Shown: positions 1-12,265 of the stretch, piece by piece
Position numbering within the stretch: position 1 is the stretch's first letter
How the letters are laid out: each line of letters opens with the position of its first letter
Assembly: GCA_046563655.1 (NCBI GenBank)
Contig: CM102286.1
Span: forward strand, 13,764,001 to 13,828,000
Direction of reading: 5' to 3'
Source of the DNA: Yuukianura sp. NJ FZ-2021
Taxonomy: Eukaryota
Length of the DNA stretch: 64,000 nt
Notes under the pieces: model-generated
Seen by the model: the letters and a program-made list of their open reading frames with translations, nothing else
Told to the model about the DNA's origin: nothing
Databases searched by the model: none
Position numbers and translations under genes: made by a program

Positions 1-804
<804 letters not shown>

Positions 805-1545
805 TATCAAGTCAAGGTGATTGCGATACGACGATGTTTGATGAACACCTCAAGTGGATGGTACGAACTTAACACCAGTACAGCAGACAGCAAGGCCTAA
901 TTTAGCAGATTAGTAATTGATAATCAGTAACTTAAAATACCGTCATCAGTGGATCCGATTTGAAAACCGAAAAGCAACCGGGTGATGTTCTTTATGAAAC
1001 AGACGTCGGCAATTCCTCAATATTCAGTTGAGACTTGAGAGATGACATGAATTTGCAAATTCTTCAATTTTGAATTTCCCGCATTCTCACTATACTGTCT
1101 TGTCAAATACCCGGCTAAAGTGAACTTTGTAGTGCCTCATTGCACCTCCACCTCATATTAGTTGAGAACCACATTTTTTGAACCCCGCAAAATCTCGAAT
1201 TTGAATTGTAACCCTTCTTCCAGTTATCATTCGTACGGCTAGGAACGCAAACTTTAATAAATAACATCTTAAGTTTGGATGGTACCCCACCCAGCATAGT
1301 ATTAATATGTTAGGGGTATGGGGTACAATATAAATTCAAGATTTTTGAATGTCCCAGTGTGATTGTATTGTGATTTTTTATATTTAGGTAAAATATCTAA
1401 TGTTAACCAGTATGAGGGGAGATCGACTGCTTTTCAATACGATTTGCTGCAAGATTTTTTTAAAAAACACAAGCAAAAATTCCTTGCAGAAAATAGGGAC
1501 GAACATTTTCTGCAAGCTTTTTTCTTGCAGAGAACGGAGGCGTTG

Positions 1546-1978
1546 CACAGTGGGGCCGATCGCTTCAAACAACGACAAGCGTTTCGGGGGAAACAAATTG
1601 ATTATTAGAAAATACACGATTATAGAGGCAAAACAGTCGCTAACTTATTGACATAACAACCGAAAGTACAGCGCGATTTCAGTTTTTATGATTTACGAAC
1701 TGGATTTCCCCTCATAGACGCAATTTTTCACCAACTTCAAAAATCAGTTAAAAATACTAAATTGGTAAAGTGGCACCAAGTGGCGGTCGGACTTGATACG
1801 TGATGCTGTCTAGTTTTTATTGCTATATTCAGGTTATCTGTAGGTAACGGACATTTTTGGACGATTTGATCTTTGTAGATCCTGATTTTGGCATTCATTT
1901 TTAATGTAATTTCTAAAAATCAACATAGCGTTTCCCCTGACAACCGTGGCGCCTGTTTGAAGCAGCGACTCCACTGTG
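1546..1978. mobile_element. Transib-type MITE (433 bp) nested in the left arm of the larger element
   Basis: Termini CACAGTGG...CCACTGTG, imperfect TIR of about 70 bp (GCTTCAAACA, GGGGAAAC, TTGATTnTTAGAAA), 5-bp TSD CGTTG at 1541-1545 and 1979-1983. Removing it restores the host arm's symmetry with the right arm. Confidence 0.85.
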
Positions 1979-2135
1979 CGTTGTTATAAGAAGTTTGCGC
2001 AAAATCGAGCCGTTGTTATAAGAAACATGCGGAAAATCCAGATGTTGTCATAAAAAGCTTGGGGAAAATCGATGCGTTGTTATAAAAAGATTGCGGAAAA
2101 TCGAGACGTTGTTATAAGAAACATGCGGAAAATTT

Positions 2136-4913
2136 GAGGAATTGGAATTTTAAAAAATTCAGCTGAAATTTAACTTTTGGATATATTTGCCTTGCCGAGG
2201 ATTCACGCGTACTCTACCGTCTTGACATGTTGGCCTCGTGAAAAATTGACCTGTTCTCTAACTTTTTGACGTGTCCAAATTTTTAAAAATTCACTTGTAC
2301 ACTTACTTTTTGAGGATTTGGAATTTTGAAAAATTCAGCTGAAATTCAACTTTTGGAAATATTTGCCTTGCCGAGGATTCACGCGTACTCTACCGTCTTG
2401 AAATGTTGGTCTCGTGAAAAATTGACCTGTTCTCTAACTTTTTGACGTGTTCAAATTTTTAAAAATTCACTTGTACACTTACTTTTTGAGGATTTGGAAT
2501 TTTGAAAAATTCAGCTGAAATTCAACTTTTGGATATATTTGCCTTGCCGAGGATTTACGCGTACTCTACCGTCTTGAAATGTTGGTCTCGTGAAAAATTG
2601 ACCCGTTCTCTAACTTTTTGACGTGTCCAAATTTTTAAAAATTCACTTGTACACTTACTTTTTGAGGATTTGGAATTTTGAAAAATTCAGCTGAAATTCA
2701 ACTTTTGGATATATTTGCCTTGCCGAGGATTTACGCGTACTCTACCGTCTTGAAATGTTGGTCTCGTGAAAAATTGACCCGTTCTCTAACTTTTTGACGT
2801 GTCCAAATTTTTAAAAATTCACTTGTACACTTACTTTTTGAGGATTTGGAATTTTGAAAAATTCAGCTGAAATTCAACTTTTGGATATATTTGCCTTGCC
2901 GAGGATTCACGCGTACTCTACCGTCTTGAAATGTTGGTCTCGTGAAAAATTGACCTGTTCTCTAACTTTTTGACGTGTCCAAATTTTTAAAAATTCACTT
3001 GTACACTTACTTTTTGAGGATTTGGAATTTTGAAAAATTCAGCTGAAATTCAACTTTTGGATATATTTGCCTTGCCGAGGATTCACGCGTACTCTACCGT
3101 CTTGAAATGTTGGTCTCGTGAAAAATTGACCTGTTCTCTAACTTTGTGACGTGTCCAAATTTTTAAAAATTCACTTGTACACTTACTTTTTGAGGATTTG
3201 GAATTTTGAAAAATTCAGCTGAAATTCAACTTTTGGATATATTTGCCTTGCCGAGGATTCACGCGTACTCTACCGTCTTGAAATGTTGGTCTCGTGAAAA
3301 ATTGACCTGTTCTCTAACTTTTTGACGTGTCCAAATTTTTAAAAATTCACTTGTACACTTACTTTTTGAGGATTTGGAATTTTGAAAAATTCAGCTGAAA
3401 TTCAACTTTTGGATATATTTGCCTTGCCGAGGATTCACGCGTACTCTACCGTCTTGAAATGTTGGTCTCGTGAAAAATTGACCTGTTCTCTAACTTTTTG
3501 ACGTGTCCAAATTTTTAAAAATTCACTTGTACACTTACTTTTTGAGGATTTGGAATTTTGAAAAATTCAGCTGAAATTCAACTTTTGGATATATTTGCCT
3601 TGCCGAGGATTTACGCGTACTCTACCGTCTTGAAATGTTGGTCTCGTGAAAAATTGACCCGTTCTCTAACTTTTTGACGTGTCCAAATTTTTAAAAATTC
3701 ACTTGTACACTTACTTTTTGAGGATTTGGAATTTTGAAAAATTCAGCTGAAATTCAACTTTTGGAAATATTTGCCTTGCCGAGGATTCACGCGTACTCTA
3801 CCGTCTTGAAATGTTGGTCTCGTGAAAAATTGACCTGTTCTCTAACTTTTTGACGTGTTCAAATTTTTAAAAATTCACTTGTACACTTACTTTTTGAGGA
3901 TTTGGAATTTTGAAAAATTCAGCTGAAATTCAACTTTTGGATATATTTGCCTTGCCGAGGATTTACGCGTACTCTACCGTCTTGAAATGTTGGTCTCGTG
4001 AAAAATTGACCCGTTCTCTAACTTTTTGACGTGTCCAAATTTTTAAAAATTCACTTGTACACTTACTTTTTGAGGATTTGGAATTTTGAAAAATTCAGCT
4101 GAAATTCAACTTTTGGATATATTTGCCTTGCCGAGGATTCACGCGTACTCTACCGTCTTGAAATGTTGGTCTCGTGAAAAATTGACCCGTTCTCTAACTT
4201 TTTGACGTGTCCAAATTTTTAAAAATTCACTTGTACACTTACTTTTTGAGGATTTGGAATTTTGAAAAATTCAGCTGAAATTCAACTTTTGGAAATATTT
4301 GCCTTGCCGAGGATTCACGCGTACTCTACCGTCTTGAAATGTTGGTCTCGTGAAAAATTGACCTGTTCTCTAACTTTTTGACGTGTCCAAATTTTTAAAA
4401 ATTCACTTGTACACTTACTTTTTGAGGATTTGGAATTTTGAAAAATTCAGCTGAAATTCAACTTTTGGATATATTTGCCTTGCCGAGGATTTACGCGTAC
4501 TCTACCGTCTTGAAATGTTGGTCTCGTGAAAAATTGACCCGTTCTCTAACTTTTTGACGTGTCCAAATTTTTAAAAATTCACTTGTACACTTACTTTTTG
4601 AGGATTTGGAATTTTGAAAAATTCAGCTGAAATTCAACTTTTGGATATATTTGCCTTGCCGAGTATTCACGCGTACTCTACCGTCTTGAAATGTTGGTCT
4701 CGTGAAAAATTGACCTGTTCTCTAACTTTTTGACGTGTCCAAATTTTTAAAAATTCACTTGTACACTTACTTTTTGAGGATTTGGAATTTTGAAAAATTC
4801 AGCTGAAATTCAACTTTTGGATATATTTGCCTTGCCGAGGATTTACGCGTACTCTACCGTCTTGAAATGTTGGTCTCGTGAAAAATTGACCTGTTTTCTA
4901 ACTTTTTGACGTG
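2136..4913. repeat. Tandem satellite array, 176-bp unit, about 15.8 near-identical copies
   Basis: GAGGATTTGGAATTTTGAAAAATTCAGCTG recurs every 176 bp from 2136 to 4776, with a degenerate remnant near 4959-4988. Confidence 0.98.
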
Positions 4914-5664
4914 ACAAAATTTTGTGACAAAATACTATAACTTTTACGTTTACTTTTCGAGGAATTCTAACTTGGGAAAATTCAGCTGTCGTAAAATCTT
5001 AAAAGTGAATTATAATTTATAACAACGTCTCGATTCTCCGCAAGTTTCTTATAACAGCGCTTCGATTCTTCGCAAGCTTTAGATAACAGCTCCTCGATTT
5101 TCCGCAAGCTTCTTATAACAACGTCTCGATTTCTGCAAGAAAAAAACTTGCAGAAAATGTTCGTTTTGATTTTCTGCAAGGAAATTTAATTGTGTTTTTT
5201 AAAAAAAAAGCTTGCAGCAAATCGCGTTGAAAAGCAGTCGATCTCCCCGCATAAATCAGAAGGGTACAATGAGAGAGAAAAGGCCTTACCTCAACCGTCT
5301 CGTTTGTTTGTAAACAATGAAAAAGAATTTATTATCAATTTGAACTTGACATGAGGTTAATTATAATAGTTTACCCGAATCCGAGTTAATTAATTCTGCT
5401 GGGTCTTCATAAATCTCCGCAAAGCAATTACTACATGAGATTGTATAGGTAATTCAATGAACCATATATTTTGTGTATTAAACAACGTTTGGCCAAGTTT
5501 AACTGTTTCTATTATCTTTTGCAGGTCTATTATACTCGATTCTTGCCTACAAAAATCGATCTCCGTCTCTCGTGTCGTTGCCGGCGTACCGCGTAACGTA
5601 CCCGTACGGTGATTAACTTAAAGACGGAAATAGTGAATTAGAGCAAAAACGAAAGAAGACCGCC

Positions 5665-6324
5665 ATGACAACAAATCCAGAAACTACAACGTTACTACAA
5701 GAAGCCATTGACGACTTACTTGACATCCTAATAGAAGAAGAGGTGTGTGACATCGTCAACGAGAGGGGCCATGACTACTTATTTGGAAAAGAGGAAGAAG
5801 AAATCCGACCGGACGAAGTTGATCCAGACCTAGAGAGTGTTAACTCCCTAAACGTTGACATTTTTGGCCAAGTATTGGGCAAGAAAGCTACTTTTGAAAT
5901 CCAATGTCCCAACTGTAAAAGAACCCTGGCTGCTGTCAGATTTGCTCCACACCTTGAAAAATGTATGGGTATGGGCAGGAACAGTTCCAGGATTGCCAGT
6001 AGAAGACTAGCTGCTGCTGCTGGGAATAATTCTAGCAATTCCTTTGTTTCAACTACTGACACACAACGAGCATCATCAGCTCCAGGTTCCACTGGTACTT
6101 CTGGAGCATCATCCGTCATCAGCCAGGGTGTAAGTTTATCAAATCTCTGGTAATAATCAGTAATCTTAACAATCTCTGATGTATTTCCTTTGTTTCAGGC
6201 CAACAATGGAGATAATCCTTCGGACGACGATCATTTTGAGGATATTGACGACGACGAAGACTGGACGATGGAGAAAAAACGTAGAAGCAAAAAACCCATG
6301 GACAAGACTAGTTCCAGACGATGA
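5665..6324 (+). CDS. Sgf11: SAGA deubiquitination-module subunit Sgf11 / ATXN7L3 homolog (2 exons)
   Basis: Zinc finger [34 protein letters not shown] and upstream DIFGQ motif. Intron 6130-6198; exon 2 encodes DDDEDW..KKRRSKK and ends at TGA 6322-6324. Confidence 0.93.
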
Positions 6325-6583
6325 GCTATGGAACTTAAATCAACAACGTCGATTTTATGTAATGTAACCTTTTTTTTTTGTAATACAAATACCTTAAACG
6401 ATAAATAAAAAATGAGCAATGATGTAATTATTAATTAAACCTTAGTAAATTTCACATCGATTTCACATTTTAGTATAGTAATCTGAATGAAAATGATTTA
6501 GCTCCAACAATACGAAGGAAAACTTAGGAATGCATGTGTATTTCGAAATCAAACCTTGAATTTTCTGCGACGATTGTAATAAA

Positions 6584-7055
6584 CTATTTCATGTTTTCCA
6601 GCTCAGACTTAAAGTCGTTTGCTTCAGCCGAGTCGTTGAATTGTATACACAGAACTTTAATGCCAGGGTTGTCTATGTTTGGATCGTGCGATTGAGCCAC
6701 TGGGACTTCGATTTTGTACTTTGCGGTTCCTACCCGAGTAGGTCCATGGATGGGGCGGTTCTGAGCTACTAAACCGGCGTACTCGTGTACTTCGTTTTTT
6801 ACCGAAACCGTTATGACACCTACTTCTGGTACTAACGTAACTTTTGATTCTTCCAGCCTCGTACCATCTAAAGCGACTCCCGCAACGGAGAACTCCCTAC
6901 CATACAAAACAATAATTAGTACGAAGCTTACATGGAATAACAAAAACTTAAAAAAAAACAATGGTCAGGGCACGGCCCCAGGGGAGCCGGGAGCGGGACA
7001 AATTTTTCAGTGGCTGATCTTTTGGCACGAAGTCATCGCCTTACCTCATTGGCAT
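6584..7055 (-). CDS. Small two-exon orphan protein A (about 107 aa), possible PH-superfamily fold; paralog of 17469-18104
   Basis: Exon 1 ATGCCAATGAG|GTAAGG (7055-7045) and exon 2 6896-6584 join in frame (MPMREFSVAG..FKSELENMK). Upstream TATA-like TATAAAA near 7128. Paralog with the same intron phase at 17.5 kb. Confidence 0.75.
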
Positions 7056-7534
7056 TTTAGTCGAATTAACTTAGTTTGGAATGGTAAACGATTAACTTTT
7101 GAATCGTTCTGAAGGAACAAGTTTTATATTCTCAAAAGTGAATTATAGAGACCAAGAGAATACCGCCCATACTCATACTAGAATTTGAATTTGAATCCTC
7201 TGACTCCTTTCATTTCAACTCTCACAGGAACTGTTAGGATACTTTTTGGCACATTTATTTGGCTAGATCCCATTTCGGTGTCAACATAACCTTATAAGAC
7301 TTGTTTAAATGCCAGAGACAGAACACGAGGGTAAGGCTAAACACTTTCGATCCGACACAATCTAAAGATCCTGAGCTCGATTGAATCACTTATCCAAACT
7401 TAACTTTTTACATACCCCTGACATTAATTGTACGTGAAGCATAAGGGAATTTAAGCTGTCGAATGAGTCATAACGAGTAAGTTACTTCAGGCACATCAAT
7501 CATAAAGACGACGTTGACAAAATCATTTTAGCAT

Positions 7535-9474
7535 TTACGCTTTCGGTTGAAAATCTTGATCGAAGATTTTCCTCAAGTCCTCACACAGAAGCTGTTGATC
7601 TTTTGCACACTGTGCTAGAATCTCTAGAAGAATTACTTCATTTTGCAGCAGTTGGAGAATCGCTCTCTGCCTGCTGCTCATCTGCTGATTTTCATCTTCT
7701 CTACCAATGGATTTGAGCATATTTGCTTGTGAGTTTTTAGCAGAGTGACACAAAATTGTAAATCGAGTTGCAAGGAACTTCCAGACTTCTGCAGTAGGTT
7801 TTGTGAGGAAGGAGAGGTCGTCTGCCTTGGTCTCAAGCGAGTCCAGGAATTCTGAATTCAAATATCAAAGTTAGTTTTAATTATTAAAAATTAATTGAAT
7901 TGAAGTGGGTTTTTACCTTTATCGGCTTGGAACAGTCGAATGAAAACGAAAAGGCTATTGATTTCAGTGAGCGAAGTTAGCGTAACTGTAAATGATTCTT
8001 GACACTTCATTCCGAATTCTTTGAGCACTACTTCTTTTCTTGTCCGTTCCTTATCATGTGTCCCAATTCCAATTTCCAAGTTAAAAGTATCGAAGAAGCA
8101 AATGTTGGGAACGAAACCTCCGTGGACAAAATGCTGAATGCTGGTTCGCTCTCCATAGTAGATCAAAAATTCCTTTCCAACTTCGTAGTTCCGTGTTGCG
8201 TAACATGCCAAGTACTTTTCTTCCGGATGATAGGCATTGGCAAATCGACCATTTGGATCATGGTTACACATGTCCCATAATGGAATGAGACACAGCTCCT
8301 CCTTCGTCTTGTCCGGACTCACGAGGTTGTTCTGTCTCGTCATAGCAGTGGATGCTGCCCATCTAGAAAAGTTCAAAATAAGTTAATCGATTGATGAACG
8401 TTGCGATTACGATAAACAATGTACTTACGCGTATCGCTTGAACGTAAAGACGTTACGTAAGGCTCGACTAGCGGAATCAGTAGCTTTCTACAAACATTGA
8501 AATAATATCTTGATTCAAAATATTAAATTTTTGAAAATTTTAATATTTCGAAAATCATGTTTGAAGTTCAAAAGTTACCCGAAATACTGCATGAAAGTAT
8601 GCATACTGGCGGACGATGTTCCTATACATTCTTATGGCTTCACCTGTGGAGAAATTACAACAAATCATTTATAATTTATCAAATTCAACTATCAATTGGT
8701 TATTCAAATTCTGATTTTGTCTCCTACGAAAGCCATTCTGGGAATTCTTCAATACCCGCATATCTTCCAGGGTAAAAAAGAGTATCGTGTCGTATGATGT
8801 CGGTAACAGATCGATATAAGGCTTCCAAAACGATGCTTCCTTGGACACATATTTTTCGTAGAGTAGAAAAAGTGACAAAAGGACGTTGGACATGGACCGA
8901 ATCACAGGATCCTTCTCGGCAAGAATTCCTGGAACAAAAACAAAACATTTTTAAACTTCCGAAATTCCTTGTCCAGTGATAATCTTACTACCTAATTTTG
9001 ACTTCTTAGCGTTCATAGTTGTCATCATGACTTCTTCCCGAATGAGAAGGACTTCATCTCCAGCAGCAATGGATTCTTGTGTGACTAATCCCAACCCATT
9101 ACTTCCCACATCTTGTATTGCTAATTTAGTTGTGCTAACGCCATGTTTCTGTAGCCACTCCATAAAACTCGGTACTGCCAACAGACGTCGCTTCAAACTG
9201 GCTTCATTTGATTCTTCCAGAACGTCCAGTTGTGCATTACGACTCGCCTCTTTTTCTTCAACTTGACAAATGATGCTGTGGAGCTTCGTGAAATGTTCCC
9301 ATTCCGATTCTAAGCCCGCCGATTCCCGGAACGGTTTAGAAGATTCTATACAACAGAGCGAATAAACTATCGTTTGTTGTTATTCAATTCAAGTCACTCA
9401 ATTGATTATATGGCCAGCTCACCCTGTAATAATGATTCGTTGAGAACTTCAAGAGAAACTTTACGATTGGACAT
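7535..9474 (-). CDS. SETD3: Actin-histidine N-methyltransferase SETD3 homolog (multi-exon)
   Basis: FMEWLQKHGV, GLGLVTQESI, SMSNVLLSLFLLYEK..SFWKPYIDLLP, RWAASTAMTRQN, LIPLWDMCNH, FLIYYGER: SET domain followed by a Rubisco-LSMT-like domain. ATG at 9474 (MSNRKVSLEV). Confidence 0.9.
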
Positions 9475-10661
9475 CGTCTAATGAATTCTTGGAAAAAAAA
9501 TCGCTTTGTACTTATATTGTGTACACCGTCGTTGTGTCGCCGCTGTCCGTGCAAGCCGTGAATCTTCACTTGCCGTCGCCTGCGGAATCCAGTGTCGTAA
9601 ATGTCGAAAGGTGACAGGAACAGCGCCAACACTGGCGACAACTTTCAGGTAATAATTCGCAATGCAAAACCACTGCCCGTGCCCGTCCTGTTCCTGCTGA
9701 TTCAGAGTAAACTTCCAGAATTCCGACACATTCCCAGGATTAGTGTGCTGATTACATTTTTATATAGCCAATGAGCCTCATTCCAGACAGCGAGACAGCA
9801 CGTCTAGAGAAAGAAGCATTCACCCAAAAATGGGAAAGAAAGAACGTCTGACATTTATATCAGTGTATCCACCCACGCACCGTGTTATGTATGGCTCTAC
9901 TGCAACATTTTACCTTTATTTGTACGTTCGCTAATCGATTAAAAGCGGACATTAAAAAATTAAGAAACTCGTCTTTTTTAAAATTTGTAAACATAAATTT
10001 CTCCATTTTTTGTAACGTTCCAAGATGAGTCTCGAAATAGCACTTAATTTCCAAGTTGCAACAAATTAAGAAATCAGAGAGGTGCTGCATCGTAAATTGT
10101 TCCATCATGTTCTCATCGTTCGTCAGTCAATTAATCTTAGAACGGTACAGGCTTATCGCGTTTTTTGCTAATGTAAACATATAACAAAGCATACCACAAC
10201 TCCACATAAACACTACCTAACCTAAAAGTAAGCAGCATTCTAAGATTTTATGCTCAAGTCCGAGGAATAGTGGGACGCACGCGCTCATTTTGTTATCGAT
10301 TCACATGAAGGGAAATTGCCGATTCGTGATTGAACTTCCAAGGAGCCAAAAACAAACGCAGAGAACTGTAAAAAAAAATTTTTTTTAACGTGTAGAGCGT
10401 GTGCGTATCGTCGCGCCTTGGTGAATGAGAGGAGTGAGAGCAGAGCACCGTTCCAGAAGATAAAGATTGTAAAAATTAACTGTTTTGTGTGTAAAAGTAG
10501 ATCCGACCGTTTGGAATGCAGTATCTAAGTTACCGTTGTTCAAGAATGTTGTGGATCCTGTTCTGAAGAAGTTGTTAGGACAAGACGAGGTGGGTCGTGG
10601 TTGTCTTCTTTGTTTGTCATAAGTGACTTTCATAAAGTATCAGTTTGGTGGTCAGTAAACG

Positions 10662-12265
10662 ATGTCAATGGGGAAGAGACAACATTGTTATCTCTGTGAC
10701 TTGCCACGGATGCCGTGGGCAATGATCCATGACTTCAGTGAAGCCGTGTGTCGGGGTTGTGTCAACTATGAAGGAGCAGATCGGATTGAAAACGTACTGG
10801 AAACGGCTCGGCAGATGAAACGGGCTCATCACGGGGCGTATCCAGAACCGTCGATTAGCTTGACCCCGAGGTCAGGTCCACAGAAAAACGGAGGTAGTGG
10901 TGGGATATTTCATGTCCAGCCGCCACATCATTCTCAAGTACCGCCAGTACATCCGCTACATAGTCACCATCAGCGGCTAGGAAGCTCGAGCCAATGCCAG
11001 TCTTTAAGTAATAGTGGACTCAGCAACTCGGCCGTTCCGAACATTCCGATGACAAGTTCGATTTCATCGTCACTTGTGACAACTTTACCAATAAAACGTA
11101 AGTCTGTCGTTGAACTTGTAAAAATCATTTACTCAAATAATTCACGATGTCTTTGTCTTTTCAGAGGAAGCAAACTCCCAGTTGTTATTCCCACCAACGA
11201 TGCGGTCAGGAGCAGGTCTGATGGCAGTTATCCCGCAACAGCAAGTACACCAATCACAACCGCAAGGTCAATCCGGGGGCCATTCTACTTCTCATTCAAG
11301 GCCAAGCTCGTTACCTCCGACACCAGTCGCTTTAGGCCTCAAACGCCTCTCTGACGAAGAACCTTGCGAGCAAAATGGGATTGACCCTCCAAAGCGTCCA
11401 GTTTCTCATGGAAAAGTGTAAATATGAACCTAATATATTGAAATTTTTTGGTTATCTGCGATAGAACATGAGCGAATTGTCAGATTTTTTTCAAACATCC
11501 TTTTTTTTTCAGTACAATTACTGAAGACCAGTCCTCGAATGCATCCAGACCGCCACTGTCGAGGGGAGAAAGTCTTCCGACCGGTGCTGCCGAGAGTGGA
11601 GGTGGATTGAACGTTGCAAAAGACAAGCCACTCCGAACATCTTCCTTTGATACGTCGGCTTTATATGCTAAACAAGGAAGCATCACAACTACGAACGGTA
11701 TGACATGTCTTTTACAACTCAATTATCTTATCTCTAATTTAATTTACCTAAATTACACTCTCTCTGCTCTGGATCAGTGGAGTTAAACTCTAATACTGTG
11801 CAATCCCAATACTAAATGTTTCAATTAAATATTTTCAGCGAGTAGACGACCATCCGGATCTTCTCGACATGGAGGGAGTCCACCTTCTTTAGTTGACAGC
11901 GGAGAATCTCCAGCAAATTCGCTGAAATGCACGTTGTGCCAAGAGCGACTAGAAGATACTCACTTTGTGCAGTGCCCCTCTGCTCCAAATCACAAGTTCT
12001 GCTTTCCATGTTCAAGGCAGGCAATCAAAAGACAGAACACAGGAACAGATGTAATGCATCAAGTCATATGAATATATTTATACAATATATTTATGTAATA
12101 TAATCATAAATGTATAATATTTTCTAGGTGTATTGCCCCAGTGGTGAGAAGTGTCCACTCGCTGGATCTACCGTTCCCTGGGCCTTCATGCAGAATGAAA
12201 TCTCCACGATCCTGGGAGAAGCTGGAGATTGTGACAAGAGCAAGAAGCAAGGCAGAGAAGCATGA
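10662..12265 (+). CDS. IRF2BP: Interferon regulatory factor 2-binding protein homolog (Drosophila Pits)
   Basis: N-terminal zinc finger [38 protein letters not shown] and C-terminal [61 protein letters not shown]. Confidence 0.96.

Larger units (their letters stand above)
1413..5251. mobile_element. Non-autonomous foldback/TIR DNA element (TA-flanked) with 32-bp subterminal repeats and an internal satellite array
   Basis: Left end TA|TGAGGGGAGATCGACTGCTTTTCAA (1411-) is the reverse complement of right end TTGAAAAGCAGTCGATCTCCCCGCA|TA (-5253). Inverted similarity runs about 130 bp, then continues as 32-bp repeats (5 left at 1979/2011/2043/2075/2107; 4 inverted right at 5017/5049/5081/5113). 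No transposase ORF. Confidence 0.88.

Noticed and set aside
1363..1651. Short ORFs in the TIR arm (and 4982-5179) as transposase fragments
   Set aside because: No DDE/D or DNA-binding motifs. Their mutual similarity simply reflects the inverted repeat.
2136..4913. CRISPR-like array
   Set aside because: Units are fully repeated with no unique spacers, there are no cas genes, and the context is eukaryotic. It is a satellite.
5775..6119. Antisense ORFs over conserved exons (also 19216-19557, 38191-38550, 44538-44927)
   Set aside because: Shadow frames of real coding exons with no independent support.
9384..9729. GC-richer ORFs between SETD3 and IRF2BP
   Set aside because: No homology signal. 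SETD3 has a satisfactory ATG at 9474, so this is probably promoter or UTR sequence.
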